From NCBI GenBank assembly GCA_046598345.1, contig JBKJIT010000004.1, forward strand, positions 329,226 to 393,225: 64,000 nucleotides of DNA, read 5' to 3'. Source of the DNA: Minisyncoccia bacterium. Its GTDB lineage: Bacteria; Patescibacteriota; Minisyncoccia; Phycocordibacterales; UBA918. A model generated the notes under the pieces. The model did not search any database. It saw nothing but the letters and a program-made list of their open reading frames with translations, and had not been told where the DNA came from. The translations under genes and the position numbers were made by a program. Numbering within the stretch: the stretch's first letter is position 1; every line of letters starts with the position of its first letter. Below, in pieces: positions 1 through 8,242 of this stretch.

Positions 1-75
1 AGTAGCATCAATACCAAGCGCAGTCACAATGACCGCACCTACGACGACAAGCGTGAGTTTCCCCCATTTCTTCAT
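1..75 (-). CDS. 5' part of a gene running off the window; probable paralog of the adjacent FGE/CLec-domain protein
   Basis: ATG at 75 gives MKKWGKLTLVVVGAVIVTALGIDAT, resembling the N-terminus of 103..909 (LVVFGAVLVSTLGIFAS); TATAAT lies 7 nt upstream. Confidence 0.65.
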   Translation of the reverse strand, partial: MKKWGKLTLVVVGAVIVTALGIDAT

Positions 76-102
76 GCTTCCCATTATACGTGCACGCACA
101 AA

Positions 103-909
103 CTAAAGTGCATCTTCTACACATCGAAAGCCTACTCCCTGACTCCCGAACGACGTTTGCACTGATGCATTTACCGCGTAGAGACCTGCGTCTTTGCTAC
201 TGCCAAAAAAGCCACCTCGAATCATCCCAAAGACACCTTCTCCCTTTGACCACATGTAATCCTCGCCATAGAGTGCATTCGGATTGGTTTCTGAAGTAAT
301 GGCGACACCAGAGGCGTCAACGGATGTCACATATCCCTCAGGTGGAAGCGCTCGTTCCCGAAATGTGTTTCCATTTACTGATTCATCAACCCACTCCCAG
401 ACATTTCCAATAGCATCATGCACGCCGCTTGGTGCGATGCATTCTGGGGTGCCGGTCAATTGTTTTTCTGTATCATCAATTACACATGTTTCAGGAAGCG
501 TACCGAGTGCAAAACGGTACCATTCATCACTTGAAGGAAGCCGCTTCCCTGCGCCTGCACACAACCGCTGTGCCTGAGGGAGCGATACGAAACTCCACGG
601 GAATGCCTTTTCCCGTGAGGAAGCGAAACACTCCGGTGAAGTTGCGTTTTTTTCAGTTTCAATTAGGTTCGAAGGATTTGCGTGGGGACATTTTGATGAT
701 GGGCTAGCCTCGAATATATCTACACAGAGAAGTCTATCTCCTTCTTGTAAGGCAACCATACCCTCCATACATGCACCTGTAGCTTTACCCGCCAGGCCCA
801 CCAAGTCCCGATCAATGCCTCGGAGCGAGTCTGAAGCAAAAATACCCAGCGTTGATACAAGAACTGCACCAAAGACTACGAGAGCTCCTTTAAGAAGTTT
901 GCTCGACAT
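103..909 (-). CDS. Secreted/anchored formylglycine-generating-enzyme (FGE-sulfatase, C-type lectin fold) domain protein
   Basis: Motifs GKRLPSSDEW, GVHDAIGNVWEWV, RGG and GFRC; N-terminal hydrophobic segment. Confidence 0.85.
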   Translation of the reverse strand: MSSKLLKGALVVFGAVLVSTLGIFASDSLRGIDRDLVGLAGKATGACMEGMVALQEGDRLLCVDIFEASPSSKCPHANPSNLIETEKNATSPECFASSREKAFPWSFVSLPQAQRLCAGAGKRLPSSDEWYRFALGTLPETCVIDDTEKQLTGTPECIAPSGVHDAIGNVWEWVDESVNGNTFRERALPPEGYVTSVDASGVAITSETNPNALYGEDYMWSKGEGVFGMIRGGFFGSSKDAGLYAVNASVQTSFGSQGVGFRCVEDAL

Positions 910-1288
910 ACGTTTTGCGTGCTCTTATAAAATCAAAGAAATAATTGAGCACGATAAGAACCGTGAGGATAAATAAAATTGAACTTAAAATATAGGTGGC
1001 GTAATCAGGCGTTCCCACGCCATAATCCCGAGCTTTTATTTCTCGCTCGCGAAGTGCTGCTTCTCGCTCTGCAAGAGTTCGTTCCCTAAGTGTAAGCTCT
1101 GCAGTGAGCTCGCTGAGCTCCGTTCTCTCCACTGCCGCAAAGACTCCAATGGTTTCTGCAAGATAGACAATACTGTCATCTGAAAGTTGTTTGGTGAGCG
1201 GGGATAGAATGCCACTTACAAAGACGAGCATGAGTGCTGTGGTAAGTGCACTTACACGAAGCATTTTATGATAGAAACTTCCACGCAT
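890..1288 (-). CDS. Hypothetical membrane protein with central coiled coil
   Basis: 132-aa ORF with two hydrophobic segments and ELTLRERTLAEREAALRERE; overlaps the next gene. Confidence 0.7.
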   Translation of the reverse strand: MRGSFYHKMLRVSALTTALMLVFVSGILSPLTKQLSDDSIVYLAETIGVFAAVERTELSELTAELTLRERTLAEREAALREREIKARDYGVGTPDYATYILSSILFILTVLIVLNYFFDFIRARKTYVEQTS

Positions 1289-1306
1289 ACTCGTATGATA
1301 GGGTGA

Positions 1307-2365
1307 CTACGCAAAGAACACAAGAAGTACGAGGAGGAAGAGTACCAATACACCCATAAGCGCGACAAATACGAACGCAAATCTCGAAATGCCTACCTGT
1401 TTGCGATACCGACCAGTTGGGATTCTTCGGCCGCCTCCTGATCGCAGAATTGCTTGATTAATATAGTACCGTGTTAAGAAATATCCACCGACAATAATAA
1501 CGAGAAATGCGCCCAGGATCGGGAAGATTATTTTTGCTGGAAACACCCAGAACACAAGTGTTGCATCAATTGTTTTTTGACCATCTTCACCGTCATACCC
1601 CAGTGCGAGCACTGCTTCATACCGACCAAAGCCAATGCCCTCTTCGTCCCAATTGAATGCTAGATCACGAACCGTGCCAGGAAAAACTCCAGCCTGATTT
1701 TCATTTATTGTCTGTACGTATGCATCACCTCCAAACATGCTGGTAATTGTAAGTGGTCCTCGGGGTCGAACAAGGATGTTTCCTTGATTCTCAATTTTTG
1801 CAGTGAACGCTACGTGTTTTGAGCCATAAAAAAGTTTATCGGTGGAAAAAGAACGAATCCTTGCATTATCTACAACGTCTCCACTAATGCGAATGCTTAT
1901 AATAGACGCCACCTCATACCCAACACCCGCTCCCGTTTGTCGCAACTTTGGCGGTTCTGCAGAAACAAAAACTCCTCCAAAATGACTTCCAGGGGTTGCG
2001 TCCTCCGGCACCCGTATAGTGAGAAGAAATGAATATTCTTCTCCTGCTTTAACGGCAATCGGCTCTTCCTGAAGGTTAATCCAGCCCGACACTTCATATC
2101 CAGTTTTTTCTTCATTCTCTTCACTAAAGATCGGAACGCCTCCGTCACCAACCCCCTTAATATCACGCTTATAAAGATAAAATTCCTTATCTTCATCGCT
2201 AATATTCGTGATCTTAAGCTCCTCAGTAATAATTTCTCCTGGATTCGCTCTTTGCTCCACTGTTGCAGGGATAAGCTTAATACCAGCTTCCTGTGCACTC
2301 GCAAACTTTCCATGAAAACAGACGGAGACGACTACAACGAGCAAAAGTATAAGAGATCTACGCAT
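1307..2365 (-). CDS. DUF916/WxL-interacting-protein-like cell-surface protein
   Basis: Signal peptide, IRVPEDATPGSHFGG and IENQGNILVRPRG motifs, C-terminal TM helices. Confidence 0.65.
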   Translation of the reverse strand: MRRSLILLLVVVVSVCFHGKFASAQEAGIKLIPATVEQRANPGEIITEELKITNISDEDKEFYLYKRDIKGVGDGGVPIFSEENEEKTGYEVSGWINLQEEPIAVKAGEEYSFLLTIRVPEDATPGSHFGGVFVSAEPPKLRQTGAGVGYEVASIISIRISGDVVDNARIRSFSTDKLFYGSKHVAFTAKIENQGNILVRPRGPLTITSMFGGDAYVQTINENQAGVFPGTVRDLAFNWDEEGIGFGRYEAVLALGYDGEDGQKTIDATLVFWVFPAKIIFPILGAFLVIIVGGYFLTRYYINQAILRSGGGRRIPTGRYRKQVGISRFAFVFVALMGVLVLFLLVLLVFFA

Positions 2366-2445
2366 ACACACAATTAAAATATCGTATCATTAGTATAATG
2401 GTTACTCTAGTAAGTGTATGTACATAAACTAACGAGTCTTCAGCT

Positions 2446-2485
2446 ACGCACAAAAAAACTTCCTCTGGGAAGTTTTTTTGTGCGT
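2446..2485 (-). terminator. Intrinsic terminator hairpin
   Basis: 18-bp inverted repeat acgcacaaaaaaacttcc/ggaagtttttttgtgcgt after 2495..3631. Confidence 0.7.
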
Positions 2486-2494
2486 GAATTTGAT

Positions 2495-3631
2495 TTAGAA
2501 GGTAGGTGTAGCAATGTAGGTTAGCGTAGTGTTGTAGTCATCACCCGCTTCCTGGAGTGCTGTTATTTCTACTTGGTAACCAATACTTGCTCTACCTATT
2601 CCATCTGTAGTTCCATCAGAAGGTCCAGTGTGACCCATGATAACTACTGGAGTGGTACTCGCAGCTACCCATTGGTCACTTCCAAATTCTAGTGTTCTCG
2701 GAGTATCAGTGTCTGACGACGTCAAACCCCAATGACCCCACGTGTTTTCATTACTTACGTTATTTGTTGGTGCAGCCCATGCTGTAGGTGTAACAGTGTA
2801 GTTGCCATCAACAAATCCATCAATATCTGCACCTGTTGAAGAAAGAAGATTTTGATCTTGCTCAACAGTCACTGCGTATCCATGGATTGCGTTTGTCGAA
2901 ACTGTTAAGTCCTGACAAAGAGTTTTTGGAACACCTGAGTTAAGCGTACCAAATGGCAATGTTGCGTTTGTAGAAGGACCGAATGTAGCATCTGCTCCGT
3001 TACATATTGCTCCCGTTGTGGTTCCATTTACTGTGAAAGTAAATGTAGTGTTGACGTTAGCGGTAACAAGCACGTTGTCAATAATTGCTACTCGGAACTG
3101 TCCAGAGTCCGCGGCCCCAGCAGTCACCGTAAATTCATATGATGTAGTTGCTGTAGGATTTGTAACGCGGTTAACACCTGGACCGTCTGCATTTGTTCCA
3201 ATCTTGATAGTTGCGGTTGCTAGTGCTCCAAGTGATTCACCAGAACCTGATAGCAATCTAAGCTCCTGACCTACAATAGTGAAACCCCATTGTGCTGCTG
3301 CAGGCGCACCTGCAACTAGAGTCTCATCTACACCACCGATTTCGAAATCAACATCACCAACAGCTACTGAGCTTGTACTGATGTTGAAACCATTAGGAAA
3401 TGTCACCGTAATCGTTGCGTTCGCCCCAACACCTGTTGGTGAAAGGAACTCTATCGCATGATTCGATAAAGATCCTGGGGCTGAGTCTGAGAGGGTGTCT
3501 TTAATGTAAGTGAGGTTTGCTGCCTCAGCTACAGTAAACATGTGTGCACCAACTGCCCAGAGTGCAAGCGCTATTGCAAGTAGGGTCGCGATCCCGCGTT
3601 GCATAGTAACTTGCCGTGTATGTACGTACAT
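2495..3631 (-). CDS. Secreted WxL-like surface protein (start uncertain: 3631 or 3604)
   Basis: Signal peptide, Thr-rich beta character, VSTNAIHGYAVTV motif, C-terminal GDDYNTTLTYIATPTF. Confidence 0.65.
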   Translation of the reverse strand: MYVHTRQVTMQRGIATLLAIALALWAVGAHMFTVAEAANLTYIKDTLSDSAPGSLSNHAIEFLSPTGVGANATITVTFPNGFNISTSSVAVGDVDFEIGGVDETLVAGAPAAAQWGFTIVGQELRLLSGSGESLGALATATIKIGTNADGPGVNRVTNPTATTSYEFTVTAGAADSGQFRVAIIDNVLVTANVNTTFTFTVNGTTTGAICNGADATFGPSTNATLPFGTLNSGVPKTLCQDLTVSTNAIHGYAVTVEQDQNLLSSTGADIDGFVDGNYTVTPTAWAAPTNNVSNENTWGHWGLTSSDTDTPRTLEFGSDQWVAASTTPVVIMGHTGPSDGTTDGIGRASIGYQVEITALQEAGDDYNTTLTYIATPTF

Positions 3632-3912
3632 GTACTTTGTATTAAATTGGTAAAAAACTTTACGTGTGCCCATCACAACGTATTCTCGATCGAAGAAAGT
3701 CTGTGGAGAAATGTTTCCTTAAGTCGTACCAAAAAATGATACAGCCGTTTTACTTAAGGTCACATTGGTGACTTTTACTCCTCGATCGACCTCTTATAGT
3801 ATATCGTCCTATTACTCCGAGTGTCTCAAAAGATATGTTGATAACTCTAGTGATTTCGGATACGTTCTATTTCACTACAAATAAGCTTTGAAAGACAGAC
3901 AAGGACATGTCT

Positions 3913-5145
3913 TTAAATGGCTTTAACAACGGCAATCTCATTCCACTTTGTTGTATATTCCTTTGATTTAAGCCGCTTGCTGGATTCCCACTTATGAGTT
4001 TCTTGCACAACTCCTGGTCGAATGGTGCCACCACCAAATCGCTCATTGAGTTGATCAAGGACTGTATAAATCCCACTCCCATCCTTTTCAAAGAGGCTAC
4101 GTGAGGCAAGCGATTTTGGAAGAATACCACTTACGACTATTCCCGCTTTCTTATATGGAACCTCAGAGTCATAGATCTCACGAAGAAGTCGAAGGGCTTC
4201 TTTGAGAAGAACAGCAGTATCGTCAGTCCCGGTCACGAGGACGCTTTGCGCTCGCCCTTTTTTTAAGAAAAAATCACCAAATCTATTCGGGAGGGCGAGT
4301 ATCGAAAGTCTTGTTGCTATCATGTTTCGCTCGCGCAGTTTCTCCCCTACGTGCGCAACATGATACCCGAGCGCGCTCTCCAAGACTGACAATTCCTTAG
4401 TTTCCTTGGCAAAAGACCTGGTACTTGCAATACTCTCGTGTTCAGAAGGTGGCTGCTCTCCCGGCGCACTCACTGAAGTGCCGGTAAGCTCGAGATATAG
4501 ACGCTCCCCAACCACCCCAAATGTATTCTTTAGGAATCCCCTATCCTTTGAAAGAAGATCCGCGAGTGTGTAAATCTTGAACTGATTTAGCTTGGCAGTC
4601 ATACGCCGTCCAATTCCCCAGATACTTCCACAGGGGATTTCTGCTGCCATTCCTACTAATTTTTTTGCGTCAAGTGTATATGTGCCTGTACCTTTTTTGG
4701 CGTAGTTATTTGCGATTTTTGCAATCGTTTTAGTCTGACTAAGACCAATGGACACTGGGATTCCGGTTTTTTGGATAATTCGTTTGCGTATTGCGACAAT
4801 TTCTTCTTCCTTCATGTACGAAGGTATCTGAACGAAGGCTTCGTCAATCGAATATACTTCCACAACTTCGAATTCTTCCTCTAGCGCCTCCATCACCCGT
4901 CTTGACATATCACGGTAGAGAGCGAAGTTAGATGAAAAGACATGGACCCCATGCTTCTCTACTACATCTTTAAATTCAAAATAGGGTGCCCCCATGGGAA
5001 TTCCCAGATCTTTAACCTCCTGGGTACGTGCAATAAAACAGCCGTCATTAGAAGAAAGAACGGTGACGGGCTTCCCTAGAAGATCAGGTCTAAAAAGCCG
5101 CTCGCAGGAGGCAAAGAAATTGTTGCAGTCCATAAGTCCAATCAT
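3913..5145 (-). CDS. umuC: Y-family translesion DNA polymerase V subunit UmuC
   Basis: DCNNFFASCE, VLSSNDGC, SSNFALYRDMS, YSIDEAF and C-terminal YTTKWNEI. Confidence 0.92.
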   Translation of the reverse strand: MIGLMDCNNFFASCERLFRPDLLGKPVTVLSSNDGCFIARTQEVKDLGIPMGAPYFEFKDVVEKHGVHVFSSNFALYRDMSRRVMEALEEEFEVVEVYSIDEAFVQIPSYMKEEEIVAIRKRIIQKTGIPVSIGLSQTKTIAKIANNYAKKGTGTYTLDAKKLVGMAAEIPCGSIWGIGRRMTAKLNQFKIYTLADLLSKDRGFLKNTFGVVGERLYLELTGTSVSAPGEQPPSEHESIASTRSFAKETKELSVLESALGYHVAHVGEKLRERNMIATRLSILALPNRFGDFFLKKGRAQSVLVTGTDDTAVLLKEALRLLREIYDSEVPYKKAGIVVSGILPKSLASRSLFEKDGSGIYTVLDQLNERFGGGTIRPGVVQETHKWESSKRLKSKEYTTKWNEIAVVKAI

Positions 5146-5166
5146 GGACCCAGTATATCAATACAA

Positions 5167-5232
5167 TTCCACTTTCACTTCCACTCTCACTTCCACCTTC
5201 ACTTCCACTTTCACTTTCACTTTCACTTTCAC
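5167..5232. repeat. Degenerate hexamer microsatellite, 11 units (TTCCAC/TTTCAC)
   Basis: ttccac tttcac ttccac tctcac ttccac cttcac ttccac (tttcac)x4. Confidence 0.95.
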
Positions 5233-5262
5233 TCTTAATTCAACACCACACAAACGCCATTT

Positions 5263-5295
5263 TCACATGGCCGACATCGTAAATCGGCCATGTGA
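5263..5295 (+). repeat. REP-like palindrome, family A, copy 1 (core 5267..5291)
   Basis: tcacATGGCCGACATCGTAAATCGGCCATgtga with 12-bp arms, immediately upstream of the RAYT -10 box. Confidence 0.9.
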
Positions 5296-5309
5296 GTTAT
5301 ACTATTGCT

Positions 5310-5960
5310 ATGGATCTTTACCATGTGCTAAATCGCGGAGTGGACAAACGAACTATCTTTATGGATACACAAGACTATGCACGTTTTGTACACGATATGT
5401 TTGAATTTAATTCAACCCGACCAGCAAACCACACATATCGTACCAAAATGGCCGACATCGTAAATCGGCCATTTGAAAAACTTGTTGACATACACGGGTG
5501 GTGCCTGATGCATAATCACTATCACCTACTCTTAAGCGAACGATTCCCAGGAGGTCTGACACTATTTATTCGAAAACTGAATGTCGGGTACGCAAAATAC
5601 TTTAATGAACGATACCAAAGAAGTGGCACGCTTTTCCAGGGTCGGACTAAAAAGGTACTCATTGATAATGATGCATATTTTTTACATATTCTCAATTATA
5701 TTCACTTTAATGTCCTCGACACCCTAGGGTCTGCATCAGAATGGAGAAACAGAAAAATTATGGATACTGAAGTGGCACTTGTTTTACTTAAGGAGTTTAG
5801 GTGGAGTAGTTATAAAGATTACATAGGGATTAAAAACTTTCCTTCAATACTTACCACTCAGTTATTCCAAGAGGTATTTAATAACAATTATGAAAAACAA
5901 GTTACAGATTATCTAGCTGATATAAGTAGCCATAAAATACAGCATCTTTTACTTGAATAA
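5310..5960 (+). mobile_element. REP-associated tyrosine (HUH/Y1) transposase, RAYT-like
   Basis: YHVLNRGVDKRTIF, WCLMHNHYHLLL (HUH), YAKYFNERYQRSGTLFQGR, YIHFN and FRWSSY motifs; flanked by palindromes; TATACT 6 nt before ATG 5310. Confidence 0.9.
5448..5472 (+). repeat. REP-like palindrome, family A, copy 2, in-frame inside the RAYT gene
   Basis: 25-mer identical to copy 1; encodes MADIVNRP. Confidence 0.9.
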
Positions 5961-6003
5961 ATGATTTAAATAGCTTTCTGTGTGGGTTAACAGTATTGAA
6001 CCC

Positions 6004-6028
6004 ATGGCCGACTTACGATGTCGGCCAT
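6004..6028 (-). repeat. REP-like palindrome, family A, copy 3
   Basis: atggccgacttacgatgtcggccat is the reverse complement of copy 1 with one mismatch; abuts the ITPase stop codon. Confidence 0.9.
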
Positions 6029-6610
6029 TTACTTGAGGGAAATACAGCAAAATGATCCTTTCAAACGCTCAAAAAAGGATTTTAGTTCTGCAAGTGGTCG
6101 CATTGTCATGTAGTTCTTCTGATAGTCCTCCTCACTGAGTTCCGAACGGCGAACTGTATACTCCTCTGGAATGAAGATTCTATCAAAGCCAAATCCGAGT
6201 CCACTTTCGGGAGCAGGTGTTTCAGCAATCAGACCTTCGATCTTCCCTTCAAAGAATTTGGCCTCTTGACCATCAAAATATCCAAATACGCAGCGGCCGA
6301 CAGCGTTCCGACTCTGTCCATCAATCATCCGACAGATGGTCTCAAATGGTACTCGATCAACGAAAAAGCGGATGAATGGACCCGGGAGACCATTCAGAGC
6401 CTCAAATTCAAGTGACACATCCTCGACGAGCACCGGCCCTTTTACTTTTTCATACGCCTGCCTCACTTTATGCTCCACAATTTCCTTAAGATCAAGCGAC
6501 TGAATTTCGTCGAGATCATGCTTTTCGTGTCGCACCGGATAACCCAGGTACTTTGCTAGGTAATCTGCTTTCCCCTGATTCCCCGTAATAAAAGTAATTT
6601 CCTTTTTCAT
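6029..6610 (-). CDS. rdgB: Non-canonical purine NTP pyrophosphatase (ITPase/HAM1/RdgB family)
   Basis: FITGNQGK, LDEIQ, VLVEDVSLEFEALNGLPGPFI and FGFDRIFIP motifs. Confidence 0.9.
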   Translation of the reverse strand: MKKEITFITGNQGKADYLAKYLGYPVRHEKHDLDEIQSLDLKEIVEHKVRQAYEKVKGPVLVEDVSLEFEALNGLPGPFIRFFVDRVPFETICRMIDGQSRNAVGRCVFGYFDGQEAKFFEGKIEGLIAETPAPESGLGFGFDRIFIPEEYTVRRSELSEEDYQKNYMTMRPLAELKSFFERLKGSFCCISLK

Positions 6611-6643
6611 GAGGCAATTTTATACTAAATCGTAATAGTCAAT

Positions 6644-6668
6644 ATGGCCGACTTACGATGTCGGCCAT
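6644..6668 (-). repeat. REP-like palindrome, family A, copy 4
   Basis: Identical to copy 3; between the cupin stop and the ITPase start. Confidence 0.9.
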
Positions 6669-6672
6669 CAAG

Positions 6673-7062
6673 CTATTCGGTGGTTTTGCCGTCGAAATGT
6701 TCTTCTATTTCGTCGGCTTTGGTGTGTTCAACGAGACCATCCTTATGTTCTGGCGGAGAATAAATGGTATACAACTTTAGGTCAGTTTTACCTGTATTTA
6801 TAATGTTATGGCGAGTTCCTGCAGGGATAACAACGGCAAAGTCAGCATCAAGTTGGTGCTCGATGCCATCTAGAATAGCTACCGCATTTCCTTCTTCCAC
6901 ACGAATGAACTGATCATGACCCTCATGTACTTCTTCGCCTATTTCATCCCCTGGTGCTACTGACATCAACACAAGCTGGCTATTTTTACCTGTGTAGAGC
7001 ACCCGTCGGTAGTCGGTATTTGCAAGCGTTTCCTTCTCTATATCTAAATTATATCCTTTCAT
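6673..7062 (-). CDS. Cupin domain protein
   Basis: EIGEEVH...DQFIRVEEG and IPAGTRHNIINTG motifs; TGCTATAAT 6 nt upstream. Confidence 0.88.
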   Translation of the reverse strand: MKGYNLDIEKETLANTDYRRVLYTGKNSQLVLMSVAPGDEIGEEVHEGHDQFIRVEEGNAVAILDGIEHQLDADFAVVIPAGTRHNIINTGKTDLKLYTIYSPPEHKDGLVEHTKADEIEEHFDGKTTE

Positions 7063-7095
7063 ACCAGCATTATAGCAAATCAATTATTTACTTAA

Positions 7096-7124
7096 GAAAA
7101 AAGACGTCGCTTGTGCGACGTCTT
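7096..7124 (-). terminator. Intrinsic terminator
   Basis: aagacgtcgc/gcgacgtctt stem with a U-tract on the minus strand. Confidence 0.65.
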
Positions 7125-7158
7125 GGACACCTCTCTGAGGTGGGTGTCCTAACCTATT

Positions 7159-7608
7159 TTACCGGTACTCCCACACCGGCCCGTCCAAGCTCCAGTCTTT
7201 TGGAAGACCTACCGCTGCAATGCCATACTGGCCACGCTGCGATTTCTTCCAAAGCCGAAGCTCCCCGTACCGGAACCGAAGTGTTAGTTGCCTGATCTGG
7301 TTGTTTTTCACGAACCTGATCAATGCAATTTCCACCCCCCACTGGTCCTCGTCGAGCAAATCGAGATGCTCCTCGGGACTCTTAACGATGGGTGGCGGCT
7401 CTTCGGTGGGTGGTCCGTAGGCGTAGTACTCGCTGCCGTTGGAGTTGAGCCTGAGGGTGATGCCGCCGAACATGATCTTCGGTCGGTACATCACCTCCTG
7501 CAAATTACCCCAAACTCCGAAGAGGTAGTAGAGAATTGCTTCTCTCCACCGATTTTCTTCGTAGTTTTGCCGACCGCTCACTTGAATCCCTTTTGACAAA
7601 GCGTGCAT
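7159..7608 (-). CDS. Hypothetical protein (ORFan with strong SD)
   Basis: AAGGAGG 4 nt before ATG 7608; own consensus promoter and terminator. Confidence 0.6.
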   Translation of the reverse strand: MHALSKGIQVSGRQNYEENRWREAILYYLFGVWGNLQEVMYRPKIMFGGITLRLNSNGSEYYAYGPPTEEPPPIVKSPEEHLDLLDEDQWGVEIALIRFVKNNQIRQLTLRFRYGELRLWKKSQRGQYGIAAVGLPKDWSLDGPVWEYR

Positions 7609-7749
7609 ATGTCCTCCTTCAAGGACGCTTCGTGGATACCACACTACCGGCCAATCCGATAAGTGAATCACGAAGGTGCGCATCTCTGCGGCAACAGAAG
7701 AAATGCCTAAGAAAACATCCCTTCTGATGACGCAGAAATAATCTTTTTA

Positions 7750-7777
7750 ATTATACTCCTAATTCCTGTTTTGTCAA
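7750..7777 (-). promoter_or_regulatory. Sigma70 consensus promoter TTGACA-N16-TATAAT
   Basis: Read directly on the minus strand. Confidence 0.75.
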
Positions 7778-7801
7778 GTATATACTTACGAAGTTAGGGC
7801 G

Positions 7802-8239
7802 TTATACAAAGGAGCGAACTGACCCGACTACCACCCCCCATATAAAACAATCATCGTTATTACTCACCTCAATCGGCTCATAGTGCTCATTTTCTGAAGC
7901 AAGTACGTGGCTCCCGTTTACTAACCGTAGTCGCTTTACTACCATTTCACCGTAAACTGCAGCAACCACAATAGAGCCATCCTTTGGATTAAGTGAACGA
8001 TCCACCACAAGCACATCGCCAGAAAATATTCCTGCCCCAGTCATAGAATCCCCCTCCACACGCACAAAAAAAGTCGATGCGGGGTTTTTCACAACAAGAT
8101 CATTCACATCAAGCACCTTTTCAATAAGATCATCGCCTGGCGCCGGAAATCCTGCAGCGGGACGTGAGCTATAGAGGGGTAATGGCTGTTTTTCTTCCCC
8201 TACAGCACCTAGAAAAATTGCATGCGTTTTTATTGTCAT
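7802..8239 (-). CDS. umuD: DNA polymerase V accessory subunit UmuD (S24 peptidase)
   Basis: AAGFPAP cleavage site, STFFVRVEGDSM and VVKRL motifs; no N-terminal HTH. Confidence 0.9.
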   Translation of the reverse strand: MTIKTHAIFLGAVGEEKQPLPLYSSRPAAGFPAPGDDLIEKVLDVNDLVVKNPASTFFVRVEGDSMTGAGIFSGDVLVVDRSLNPKDGSIVVAAVYGEMVVKRLRLVNGSHVLASENEHYEPIEVSNNDDCFIWGVVVGSVRSFV

Positions 8240-8242
8240 GTT

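Noticed and set aside
103-909. Complete diversity-generating retroelement
   Set aside because: The CLec fold is present, but no reverse transcriptase or template repeat was seen in the window
4994-5404. 136-aa ORF with STFTSTLT repeats
   Set aside because: It is a translation of the microsatellite and REP, and overlaps umuC antisense and the RAYT out of frame
5263-6668. CRISPR array made of the 25-bp repeats
   Set aside because: Irregular spacing of 180-640 bp, mixed orientation, whole genes between copies and no cas genes
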